NCBI GenBank assembly: GCA_016703425.1
Contig: JADJCA010000011.1
Coordinates: 1-58,049, forward strand
Source of the DNA: Myxococcales bacterium
GTDB taxonomy: Bacteria; Myxococcota_A; Polyangia; Polyangiales; Polyangiaceae
DNA: 58,049 nt
Reading direction: 5' to 3'
This document shows positions 29,199 through 37,893 of this stretch, one piece after another. Numbering within the stretch: the stretch's first letter is position 1; every line of letters starts with the position of its first letter. Below the pieces are notes generated by a model that made no database searches, was not told where the DNA came from, and saw nothing but the letters and a program-made list of their open reading frames with translations. Made by a program: the position numbers and the translations under genes.

Positions 29199-29582
29199 AT
29201 GCATCAGCGGCTTCTCTCCCCGGCGCGTCTCTCCACGGCGCTCCTCGCCACAGCTCTCCAAGCGGCCCTCGCGGGATGCGTCGCTGGGGTAACGGCGACG
29301 CCGCCGCGAGGGCAAGTCGTGAACAGTCCCCCGCCGCCGACGCTCGTCGAGACCCGCTCACCACCACCAGGTCCGCAGGCGACGTGGGTGGCAGGCTACT
29401 GGCATTGGAACGGCGCCACGTACTCGTGGATCCCGGGACACTGGGAGCAAGCACCGCCAGGCATGGCCTGGTACGGCCCGACCTACGGCACCTCGCCCGA
29501 CGGCAGCTACCTCTACGAACCCGGGGCTTTCCGTCCCGGCGCGCCGACGGCGGTGCCGCCGAAGGCCAACGCCCTTCGGTGA
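29199..29582 (+). CDS. small lipoprotein with Trp/Tyr-rich C-terminal repeats
   Basis: MHQRLLSPARLSTALLATALQAALAGC (lipobox LAGC). The C-terminus is WVAGYWHWNGATYSWIPGHWEQAPPGMAWYGPTYG, with repeated W/Y-x-x-G units. Confidence 0.55.
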   Translation: MHQRLLSPARLSTALLATALQAALAGCVAGVTATPPRGQVVNSPPPPTLVETRSPPPGPQATWVAGYWHWNGATYSWIPGHWEQAPPGMAWYGPTYGTSPDGSYLYEPGAFRPGAPTAVPPKANALR

Positions 29583-29599
29583 GCACCCTGCGAAAGAGC

Positions 29600-31210
29600 A
29601 TGGGGCAGAAACACCTCGCCGCGCTCGGGCCCCTCGTCGCCTGGATGGCGTTCGCCCTGTCGGCGCACGCGGCGCCGGCCGTGCTCCACGAGCCCATTCC
29701 TGACGACGCCCGCGTCGACCTCGCGCTCGGCGCCGTGATGCCAGGCGACGTGCCCGCCGTCGTCGAGACACCGGGCGGCCTCATCGGCGCGCCCGACGTG
29801 CGGCGGCCCCTGTCGACCGGCGATAGCGCCTACAGCCAAGGCCCCGCGACGTCGGTGCCCGGTCTGCAGCCCGATGCGACCTTCGTGCCGGATCGCGACA
29901 CGAGGCGCCCCGACAGCTTGCCCTACGACGATCCGTTCACGCCTTCGAACGCGCCTTTCAAGCGCCTCGTGGCCTTTGACGCGGTGACGCGCGACTTCGC
30001 GCTGACCGTGGTGCGCCCAGACCTTCGACCGTTGCCCCGCTCCACGCAGGTCGACGCGGCCGACGATCGCTTCTTCGCCGACATCGTCGTCGAGGGGAAG
30101 CCCGGTCAACGGGTGCGCATTCCGACGGTGGGCCCCGACACGCGCGTCATCCACGCGCACGCAGCCTTGGGGCAGAAGGATCTGAAGTTCCAGCTTCTCC
30201 GCGACGATGCCGACAACTGGTTCGTCGAGTTCCCACAAGAAGGCCGCGCGCGGCTCGTGCTGGACCTCGCGATTCGTCGCGCGAGCCTGGGTGGCGAGCT
30301 GCACGCAGCGAACTGGGGCGAGTTGCCCAAGGTGGCTGCCTTGCCGGCGAACGTCGCCGCGTCCGCGGCCGTGGTGCTCGGCAAGCTCGGGCTCTCGCGC
30401 GAGCAAGCGCCGCGAGACGTCACCCGGAAGCTCGTGGCCTACTTTCGCGCGTTCCGCGACTCGGAAGAGCCGGCCAAGGCGGAACGTGATGTCTACATCG
30501 ATCTGGCGTTGGGCCAAAAGGGCGTCTGTCGACACCGGTCGTACGCGTTTCTCGTGACGGCGCTCGGCCTGGGCATTCCCACGCGAATGGTCCTCAACGA
30601 AGCGCACGCGTGGGTCGAGGTTCACGACGGCCAGCTGTGGCATCGCATCGACCTCGGCGGTGCGGGCCGCATGCTGACGCAGTCGATCGCCAACAAGCCC
30701 GTGCACCAGCCGCCACCCGACACCTTCGGCTGGCCGCCGGGCGCCACCCGCGGCGAGGACATCGCAGGCCTGCCGCGGCCCGGCGCGCAGCCGAGCGGCT
30801 CTCTCGCCGACGCCGGAAGCACCCCGCGCTCGCCCGCCTCGAGCCAGCGGAACGCGACGCAAACGAGCGGAGACGCTGGCGCCGCCATCGGACCTCGCAG
30901 CGCGCCGAAGGCGCCGGAAGATCTGCGGCCACCCTCCTCCATCCAGGTGACCGTCGAGAACGAAGTCGTGCGCCGCGGGGGTCCGCTCAAAGTGTCGGGC
31001 TCGGTCACGGCAGACCGCGCGCGGTGCGCCTTCGTGACCGTCGAGATCCTCTTCCGCTCCGCTGTGGTGGAGCGCCGCGTTGGAACGGTAGCGACGAACG
31101 CAAAGGGCGAATTTGCCGCCGCCGTGACCATCCCGCCGCAACTCGCCGTCGGCGACTACGATCTGGTGGCGCGGACCGAGGGCGACCTGCGCTGTGGAGC
31201 GGCGCGGTGA
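29600..31210 (+). CDS. secreted transglutaminase-like (papain-fold Cys-His-Asp) protein
   Basis: Signal peptide MGQKHLAALGPLVAWMAFALSAHAAPA. Transglutaminase-core signature GVCRHRSYAFLVTALGLGIPTRMVLNEAHAWVEVHDGQLWHRID (Cys...His...Asp spacing). The C-terminal beta-rich domain has a CAFVTVEILF...GDYDLVAR segment. Confidence 0.75.
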   Translation: MGQKHLAALGPLVAWMAFALSAHAAPAVLHEPIPDDARVDLALGAVMPGDVPAVVETPGGLIGAPDVRRPLSTGDSAYSQGPATSVPGLQPDATFVPDRDTRRPDSLPYDDPFTPSNAPFKRLVAFDAVTRDFALTVVRPDLRPLPRSTQVDAADDRFFADIVVEGKPGQRVRIPTVGPDTRVIHAHAALGQKDLKFQLLRDDADNWFVEFPQEGRARLVLDLAIRRASLGGELHAANWGELPKVAALPANVAASAAVVLGKLGLSREQAPRDVTRKLVAYFRAFRDSEEPAKAERDVYIDLALGQKGVCRHRSYAFLVTALGLGIPTRMVLNEAHAWVEVHDGQLWHRIDLGGAGRMLTQSIANKPVHQPPPDTFGWPPGATRGEDIAGLPRPGAQPSGSLADAGSTPRSPASSQRNATQTSGDAGAAIGPRSAPKAPEDLRPPSSIQVTVENEVVRRGGPLKVSGSVTADRARCAFVTVEILFRSAVVERRVGTVATNAKGEFAAAVTIPPQLAVGDYDLVARTEGDLRCGAAR

Positions 31211-32409
31211 GCGCCATCCTGGTGCCCTTTCTCTACGAGCTGCGCGCCAAGAAGCTCAAGGTCGGCCCGCCGGAGGCTCTCGCGATGGCGAGGGCGCTCG
31301 CCCGCGGCTTGCACGAAAGCTCGCTCGACGGCTTCTATCACGTCGCCCGCGCGCTCTGCGTACACCGTGAGGCGGACCTCGACGCCTTCGATCAGGCGTT
31401 CTCTTCGCACTTCAAAGGCGTCACGCTCGAGGCCATCGCCATCGCCGACGAATTGTCCCAGTGGCTCAGCGATCCCATGGCGCGCCGCGAGCTCTCGCCA
31501 GAGGAGCGCGCGCTCCTCGAGAGCCTCGACGTCGACGAGCTAAGGCGGATGCTCGAGGAGCGGCTCCGCGAGCAGACCGAGCGGCACGACGGCGGCAACA
31601 AATGGATCGGCACCGGCGGCACGAGCCCTTTTGGCGCGCGCGGGACGCACCCTTCGGGCCTGCGCGTCGGCGCTATGGGTGGAGGCCGGAGCGCGCTTGG
31701 CGTCGCCGACGCGCGTCGCTACAAGCCCTACCGCTCGGACCTCGTCCTCGACGTGCGCCAGATCGAGGTGGCGCTAAGAAAGCTCCGCGCCCTCAAGCGA
31801 GAGGGCGACGTCCTCGAGCTCGACATCGAGGAGACCATCGAGGAGACGGCGAAGAGCGGCGGCGAGCTCGAGATCGTGCTCAAGCCGCCGCGCCGCTCCA
31901 ACGTCCGCGTGCTCTTGCTGATGGACGTGGGCGGTTCGATGGATCCCTACGCGGAGCTGGTTTCGAGGCTGTTTTCCGCAGCGAAGCGCGCAAAGAACAT
32001 CCGCGAGCTCAAGACCTTCTATTTCCACAACTGCATCTACGGTCGGCTCTACGGCACCGAGACGTTCACCGAGCCGATGCGCGTCCGTGATGTCATGGAC
32101 GCCACGAGCGCCGATTGGAAGCTCGTCCTCGTCGGCGACGCGGCGATGCATCCGGCCGAATTGCTCGGCGGAGGCGACTGGGCCGAGCTCTCGTACCGAC
32201 CGAGCGAAGAGCATCGGACCGGCATCGCGTGGATGCAGCTCCTCCACGATCACTACAAGAAGTGCGTGTGGCTCAACCCCGAGCCCGAGTCTTACTGGCG
32301 CGCGGGGACGGCGAAGTTGCTCTCGGACCTGTTCCCGACCTTCGAGCTGACGCTCGACGGCATCGCGCAGGCGGTGGCCGAGCTCACACGCGGCAAGTCG
32401 CGGCGGTGA
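31207..32409 (+). CDS. VWA domain protein of the CoxE family
   Basis: The GTG at 31207 overlaps the upstream stop (GTGA). The N-terminus ILVPFLYELRAKKLKVGPPEALAMARAL matches the CoxE-like VWA N-terminal helix. The VWA core is VRVLLLMDVGGSMDPYAELVSRLF...KLVLVGDAAMHP, with a MIDAS-like DxGxS. Confidence 0.75.
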   Translation: MSAILVPFLYELRAKKLKVGPPEALAMARALARGLHESSLDGFYHVARALCVHREADLDAFDQAFSSHFKGVTLEAIAIADELSQWLSDPMARRELSPEERALLESLDVDELRRMLEERLREQTERHDGGNKWIGTGGTSPFGARGTHPSGLRVGAMGGGRSALGVADARRYKPYRSDLVLDVRQIEVALRKLRALKREGDVLELDIEETIEETAKSGGELEIVLKPPRRSNVRVLLLMDVGGSMDPYAELVSRLFSAAKRAKNIRELKTFYFHNCIYGRLYGTETFTEPMRVRDVMDATSADWKLVLVGDAAMHPAELLGGGDWAELSYRPSEEHRTGIAWMQLLHDHYKKCVWLNPEPESYWRAGTAKLLSDLFPTFELTLDGIAQAVAELTRGKSRR

Positions 32410-32437
32410 GCGACGGAGGCCGCTTCGCGAAAGCGGC

Positions 32438-32872
32438 CTAGGCCCGGAGCAGCTTGACGGCCTGGGAGACGTCGCTCCCGGGCACCGTGAGACCGAGCCC
32501 CTTGAGGGCTTTGACGGCAACGCCGGTCGCTTGACCATCGCTCGGCGCGGCGCGAATGGCGTCGCGCGACGCGGAGAGCTTCTCCACGATCTCGTCGACG
32601 GACAGCCCCTTGGGCAGCAGGGACTGCAACGTCGTGAGCTCAAGGGCGAGCGTCGCCTTGGTAGCCTCGTCGACGGTGAGCGCCCGCGTCTCTTCGATCG
32701 ACTTCACGAGCTTGCGAACCACTTGAGCCGCATCGTCATCGGAGATGTCACGACCGGCGCGCGCGCCCGCCGTCTGGATCTCACCGAGCGCGACGCGCAG
32801 CACTTCCTTCTCGACGTCGCGTCGCTCTTTCATGGCCAGCGTGATGCGCTTCTTGAGCTCCTCGAGGATCAT
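32438..32872 (-). CDS. GatB/YqeY domain protein
   Basis: 144 aa. MILEELKKRITLAMKERRDVEKEVLRVALGEIQ...ALKGLG.... Matches the YqeY family along its full length. Confidence 0.85.
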   Translation of the reverse strand: MILEELKKRITLAMKERRDVEKEVLRVALGEIQTAGARAGRDISDDDAAQVVRKLVKSIEETRALTVDEATKATLALELTTLQSLLPKGLSVDEIVEKLSASRDAIRAAPSDGQATGVAVKALKGLGLTVPGSDVSQAVKLLRA

Positions 32873-32912
32873 GGGGGGAGCGTAGAGCGAATTTCACGTC
32901 GGCACGAGCCGC

Positions 32913-33449
32913 TCACTTGAAGTTGATGACCCAATACGCCGGCACGCCGGGCGTCTTCGACACGATCTCGGCCAAGTAGGGCCCCCCGGGCACCGGCTGC
33001 GTCAACGTGACGTTGACGGCTCCCGTCCAGGCGAGCCCGAAGGCCGCGCGTGAAATTTGGATGAGGTCCTTCGCGTCGGCGCCGGCGAGCACGCCGCAGC
33101 GGATGTTGTTGAGCTCGTTGGGCGTCACGTCGTTGGGCTCGACCTCGAGCTCGCCGCCGACGGGACACGGCACGGGGCCCGCGTCGACGATCGGAAGAGG
33201 CGCCGCGGCATCCAGCACCACCGTGGTTCCAGCGTCGGAACCAGGATCGAGGGGAGGAAGCGCCATGACGGCGGCGTCGCTCGACGACGAAAACGAGGGC
33301 GCCGCGTCGGCGGCGGTCGCAGCGGCGCTGTTCTCGGCGACGGGTGGGGCGTCGGCCGAGCTGCAGCCGAAGGCTGTCGCGCCGAGGACGACAGGCAGGG
33401 CGCGCACAAGGAGGGCTCGGACGAATTGGTAGCGAAGGGGGTTCTTCAT
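32913..33449 (-). CDS. lipoprotein, function unknown
   Basis: The internal Met MKNPLRYQFVRALLVRALPVVLGATAFGCSS gives a signal peptide with lipobox. Ala/Ser/Asp-rich mature protein. Confidence 0.55.
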   Translation of the reverse strand: MKNPLRYQFVRALLVRALPVVLGATAFGCSSADAPPVAENSAAATAADAAPSFSSSSDAAVMALPPLDPGSDAGTTVVLDAAAPLPIVDAGPVPCPVGGELEVEPNDVTPNELNNIRCGVLAGADAKDLIQISRAAFGLAWTGAVNVTLTQPVPGGPYLAEIVSKTPGVPAYWVINFK

Positions 33450-33890
33450 GGCTCGCCCCATCTCTGCCGGTTCCGTGCCGGGAAAAATCCACGGCAATTG
33501 GCGAAGCGGGGCGCTGAAAAGTCGTCACCCGGGAAGGACGCGAGGATCGACCCACGTTCAGCTCGGGTGTGGGTGTCGACGGCGCCCGGCCCCCCGAGAA
33601 CCACTTCGCCTTGCATGTAGCCGCGGCAAACTGCGGGCAGTTTCAGGAAGACCGGGGTGCAACGGCTTGCTGGATGCGGCAGGCCGTGCAAGGAGGCGAC
33701 GCTTCGGACTTTCCTAGGAAAGTCATGCGGAAGGCCATTGCGCCTCGCAAGTGGATTGGCCGGTGACCGCGCACCGGTTCAGCGTGGGTGCTCGAAACAC
33801 GGCGAAATCAGGACGTCGGTGGCGAGTGACCGCCGTTGGTATGTGGCGTGCTCCACCGAAAGGCACGCTGACACAGCGGATGGGGGATTG

Positions 33891-35129
33891 ATGACGGCAA
33901 CGAACTCGGGATTCCAAGCCAGTCGACGGACGCCAGCGGGACCTGCGACCGAGTTGCGCGGCGCGCTGCGCCGGCTGGTCCCCTCCGCTTGGTCGGAGCG
34001 CGATCTCCCGGTGCGTCTTGCGGGCGAGATTCACGTAGCGGGCGGCCTTTGCGACATCGTCGCGCTGCTCGCGCAATCGGGCCGCAGCGGAACCCTCGTG
34101 GTCGCGTCAAGCGAGACCATTCGAGCCGTCGTCTTCGAGACCGGCGAGCTCGTCGGGGCGGCCACCACGGCGGCTCACGAACGCATCGGCGACATGCTCT
34201 ACCGCAGCGGTGAGGTGGCCCGCGACGACATCGAAGAAGCGACCATGCTCGCGGCGCTCGACGGTCGACGCATCGGCGAAGTCCTGGTCGCCTTGGGCCG
34301 CGTCGAGGTCGCCACCCTCGAGCAGCTCCTCGGGCGCCAAGCGGAAGAGATTTTCTACGCGGCGCTCCGCGTCGAGGACGGCGTCTTCTGTTTCGTCGAA
34401 GAGCGACTGGACATCGCGCTCATCGCGCCGGAACGCCCGTCGTTGCAGTCGCTCTTGATGGAAGGCGCTCGTCGCATGGACGAGATGCTGGTGTTCCGGC
34501 GGCGCGTGGGTTCGTCGAGGCACATTCCTCAGCGACTCAACGCCGTGACACTCGACGGCGGCGGCGCCAAGCTCGACGACCCCCTGCGGACGCTGCTCGA
34601 CCTTTGCGACGGCGTGCGGTGCATCGCCGACATCGGCCGCGAGGTTGGCCTCCTCGAGTTCGAGGTGACGCAAGCGTTCTACCAACTGGGCACGCAAGGA
34701 CATGTCGAGTTCATGGGCCCGCGGGCGAACTCGACGGCCGACATCATCACGACCTACAACGAGGTCCTCGTTGAGGTGCATCGCCTCTGCGATCGCGTGC
34801 GCCGCGGCGACGACGTAAGGCGCGCGCTGGAGCGGTACGTGTCGCGAAGCGCCGAGCTCAGCGCCCTGCTCGAGGACGTGCTCCCTCACGACGACGGCTC
34901 CGTCGACGTCGGCCGAATCCTTCGCAACCTAGGCGCTGGGCGGCGCGATTCGCTCGTGAAACGCGCGCTCGGTGGCTACGCCGATTTCGCGGTATTTCAC
35001 GCCGGGTCGCTCTTGCCGCCGGCCCTGGCCGCCGAACTCCCGGGCATCGTGACTCGTCTCCTCGAGCCGCTGACGCTCGCGCCAACGTCGAGCCGAAGCT
35101 CGGCGAGCCTCGCCGCCGCCGCCGGCTGA
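33891..35129 (+). CDS. tandem DUF4388 (PATAN-type) domain protein
   Basis: Two occurrences of the DUF4388 core (GGLCDIVALLAQSGRSGTLVVASS; RTLLDLCDGVRCIADIG). This is a common myxobacterial regulatory domain. ATG at 33891, but the frame is open from 33657. Confidence 0.55.
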   Translation: MTATNSGFQASRRTPAGPATELRGALRRLVPSAWSERDLPVRLAGEIHVAGGLCDIVALLAQSGRSGTLVVASSETIRAVVFETGELVGAATTAAHERIGDMLYRSGEVARDDIEEATMLAALDGRRIGEVLVALGRVEVATLEQLLGRQAEEIFYAALRVEDGVFCFVEERLDIALIAPERPSLQSLLMEGARRMDEMLVFRRRVGSSRHIPQRLNAVTLDGGGAKLDDPLRTLLDLCDGVRCIADIGREVGLLEFEVTQAFYQLGTQGHVEFMGPRANSTADIITTYNEVLVEVHRLCDRVRRGDDVRRALERYVSRSAELSALLEDVLPHDDGSVDVGRILRNLGAGRRDSLVKRALGGYADFAVFHAGSLLPPALAAELPGIVTRLLEPLTLAPTSSRSSASLAAAAG

Positions 35130-35177
35130 CACGCACGCAACGGCGGCCGACGGCGCAGGCGCGCGCGGGCCAACCGC

Positions 35178-35939
35178 TCAGATCCGGAGATCGCCAAGCC
35201 GGTGCTGAAGGACCGCGAGGCCGGCGAACACGGCGGTCTCGGCGCGCAAGACACGCGAGCCGAGCGCCAGCGTCACCACGTTCCGCGACGCCAAGAGCGC
35301 CCGCTCCGCGTCGCTGAAGCCACCCTCCGGCCCAACGACGAGAACGTAGTCGCCCGGCGCCGGCGTCGGTTCGAAGGTGGCGAGCGGCGCTTCGCCGAGC
35401 GGCCGGTCGTCGAGCACGTACCGGGTCTGCGCCTCCCGAAAGAAGGCCTCGTCGACGAGCCGCGCGAGGGGGGCCGCCTTCAGCACCTCGGGAACGCTCG
35501 AGCGTCGCGACTGTTTGGCCGCCTTCTTGGCCTGTCCCGGCCAGGCCCAGGGCTTCTCGTGATCGAGATCTGCCGGCTTGACGCTTCGCTCCGTGAAGGC
35601 CGGCGCGACGCGCACGCAACCGAGCTCGGTGGCCTTCTGCGTGACTTGGATCATTCGTTGGCGGCCCAAGATCGCGCAGACGAGCGTGATCCGGGCCGGC
35701 GACTCCGGCGACTGAGACATCCTCTCGTAGGCGAGGGCGCGGGCCGACTCGGGCCCCAGGTCTTTGAGGCTGGCGCGAAAGAAGGCCCCCTGGCCGTCCT
35801 TGCCGGTGAAGGCCTCCTTCACGTTCACCTCGCGGAACGAAAAGCCCCGCACGACGACCGCATCGAGGGAGAACTCTTGCTCCAGGGCGAGCGTCTCGTG
35901 CACCGCGATGGGCGCGAAGGGAGGCGGAAGCGAGGGCAC
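35178..35939 (-). CDS. rsmE: 16S rRNA (uracil1498-N3)-methyltransferase
   Basis: 253 aa. LVVGPEGGFSDAE and LGSRVLRAETA motifs of the RsmE SPOUT methyltransferase. Confidence 0.85.
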   Translation of the reverse strand: MPSLPPPFAPIAVHETLALEQEFSLDAVVVRGFSFREVNVKEAFTGKDGQGAFFRASLKDLGPESARALAYERMSQSPESPARITLVCAILGRQRMIQVTQKATELGCVRVAPAFTERSVKPADLDHEKPWAWPGQAKKAAKQSRRSSVPEVLKAAPLARLVDEAFFREAQTRYVLDDRPLGEAPLATFEPTPAPGDYVLVVGPEGGFSDAERALLASRNVVTLALGSRVLRAETAVFAGLAVLQHRLGDLRI

Positions 35940-35942
35940 GGC

Positions 35943-36503
35943 TCAGTCCTCGCGCACGTCGGCTTTCGTGTAGATCGCATGCACCTGCAAGCCGGCGGCG
36001 ACGAGCGCCTCGCGCCCGCCTTCGAGCCGGTCGACGAGCACCACGACGTGTTCGACGACGAAGCCGGCTTCGCGCAAGGTGGCGAGGGCCTTCAAGGTCG
36101 AGCCCCCCGTGGTGATCACGTCTTCGAGGAGCGCCACGGACGCACCGGGCTTGAGGCGCGTTCCGCCCTCGATGAGGCGGCGACTGCCATGATCCTTGGC
36201 TTCCTTCCGCACGTAGAGCGCGTCGAGCGGGACGGATGCGAGGGCGCTCGTCACGGCGACGGCGCTGGCGAGCGGGCAGCCGCCGAGCTCGACGCCGGCC
36301 ACGGCGGAGACGAGCGGCCTGCGCGACGCGCCCAGGAGCGGCTCGAGCATGAGCTCACCGACGAGGCGATGGCCCTCGGCGGTGAGGACCGTCTGCTTGC
36401 AGTCGATGAAAAAGTCGCTCTCCTTGCCCGACGCGAGGAGCACGCGGCCCTTTTTGTAGGAGAGCTCGCGGAGCAGAGCGAGGAGCCGCTCGCGGGGGCC
36501 CAC
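35943..36503 (-). CDS. pyrE: orotate phosphoribosyltransferase
   Basis: 186 aa. The PRPP-binding loop LLEDVITTGGS and the overall PyrE pattern. Confidence 0.9.
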   Translation of the reverse strand: MGPRERLLALLRELSYKKGRVLLASGKESDFFIDCKQTVLTAEGHRLVGELMLEPLLGASRRPLVSAVAGVELGGCPLASAVAVTSALASVPLDALYVRKEAKDHGSRRLIEGGTRLKPGASVALLEDVITTGGSTLKALATLREAGFVVEHVVVLVDRLEGGREALVAAGLQVHAIYTKADVRED

Positions 36504-36504
36504 G

Positions 36505-37086
36505 TCAGCCGCCTGCGCGCTTCTTGAGGGCGCCCTTCGCGCCCTTCTTCAGCACCGGCACGACGGGAGCCGGCGCTTTGCGCGGAGGCGGCGGTGCCTT
36601 GACGGGAGCCGGCGCTTGCCGCGCCACAGTCGCAGGCGGTGCGCCTCGCGCCGCCTTGTTCACGTCGCGGGTCGTTTCCCGGGCCGCTGGCGCACGCGGC
36701 GCTTCGACGCGACGGGGTTCGACCTTGGCGGCCGCTCGAGGGGCCGCGCGCGACGCCGAGGAGCGAGCGCCGGCCTCGGTAGCGACGTGCCCGCGGACGA
36801 GCGCGCCGGCGGCGATGGCCACACGCGGCGCGCGCAGATCACCAACAACCCGCGCGCCAGCCTCAAGGACGACGGCGTCGATGCCAACGAGATCGCCTTT
36901 GACGGCGCCGCGCACGACGAGGCGACGAGCGCGGACATTGGAGCCGACGAGCCCGCTCTCGCCGACGGTGACGTCACCATCGACCTCGACGTCGTCTTCG
37001 ACGTGACCGTTGATCTCGAGGTCGCCCTCGCCCGTGACGCGACCAACAACCTTCGATCCCTGGCCGATGACGGTGACCGTTGCCAT
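36505..37086 (-). CDS. bactofilin (DUF583) with Pro/Ala/Lys-rich C-terminal tail
   Basis: Beta-helical repeat pattern ...VIGQGSKVVGRVTGEGDLEINGHVEDDVEVDGDVTVGESGLVGSNVRAR.LVVRGAVKGDL...A.VVG.... It is third of three tandem bactofilin genes, and its position and tail resemble BacP of Myxococcus. Confidence 0.85.
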   Translation of the reverse strand: MATVTVIGQGSKVVGRVTGEGDLEINGHVEDDVEVDGDVTVGESGLVGSNVRARRLVVRGAVKGDLVGIDAVVLEAGARVVGDLRAPRVAIAAGALVRGHVATEAGARSSASRAAPRAAAKVEPRRVEAPRAPAARETTRDVNKAARGAPPATVARQAPAPVKAPPPPRKAPAPVVPVLKKGAKGALKKRAGG

Positions 37087-37131
37087 CTCGTATCCTTCCG
37101 GTGTTCGCGCGCGGTGTTCGAGCGGCAGCGC

Positions 37132-37446
37132 TCAGACGTCCATGTCGACGTTGCCCTTGAACTGGGCGCCGTCTGCGATGGTGATGCGAGTGGCCCTGAC
37201 GTTGCCCACGACCTTGGCGCCCGATTGGAGGTCGACACGGTCGGTGGAGGAGACGTTGCCGGTCACGGCGCCTGCGATGCTCATGGCACCGCCCGCGATG
37301 TCGGCCTCGACGACCCCGCCCTGTTCGACGACCACGCCGTCTTTGGCCGTGAGCTTGCCGCGCACGGTCCCTTGAATCACCACGTCGTCGTCCGTGGTGA
37401 GGTCGCCGTCGATGGTGATGCCTGCGCCGATGACCGTGCTTGCCAT
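37132..37446 (-). CDS. bactofilin (DUF583)
   Basis: 104 aa. MASTVIGAGITIDGDLTTDDDVVIQGTVRGKLTAKDGVVVEQGGVVEADIAGGAMSIAGAVTGNV.... Confidence 0.85.
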   Translation of the reverse strand: MASTVIGAGITIDGDLTTDDDVVIQGTVRGKLTAKDGVVVEQGGVVEADIAGGAMSIAGAVTGNVSSTDRVDLQSGAKVVGNVRATRITIADGAQFKGNVDMDV

Positions 37447-37454
37447 GATCTACC

Positions 37455-37859
37455 TCACGAACGACGCCGGGGTCGCTCGGCTGAGCCGCCGCCCAATTCC
37501 GGCGGCAGGGTGAAGTCGTTGTCGATACGTCCGTCGAACTCTGCGCCTTCGTCGAGCACAAGGGCTCCGCCGGAGACGTCGCCGCGGGCCGCCGCTCCGG
37601 CCGCCACGTGCACACGGCCCGTGACGCGCATCTCGCCAGTCAGGGTGCCGGCGACGGCGATGGAGTCGGCCTCGATGACGTCGGCGGCCACGTTGCCGCC
37701 CCGCTCGATCGAAAGCTCACCGCGCAACGACACGTTGCCTTCGAGTTCACCGGCAACGACGAGGTTGCCCTCGCCGCTCACGCGGCCGCGGACCTTCGCC
37801 GTGGGGCCGATACGTCCCTCGGTCGCTGCACTCGTGCTACGGGTTTTTCCCTGCGCCAT
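37455..37859 (-). CDS. bactofilin (DUF583)
   Basis: 134 aa. ...KVRGRVSGEGNLVVAGELEGNVSLRGELSIERGGNVAADVIEADSIAVAGTLTGEMRVTGRVHV.... Confidence 0.85.
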   Translation of the reverse strand: MAQGKTRSTSAATEGRIGPTAKVRGRVSGEGNLVVAGELEGNVSLRGELSIERGGNVAADVIEADSIAVAGTLTGEMRVTGRVHVAAGAAARGDVSGGALVLDEGAEFDGRIDNDFTLPPELGGGSAERPRRRS

Positions 37860-37893
37860 CGCTTCATGCTCGTACTACGGGTCGCGCCCGATG

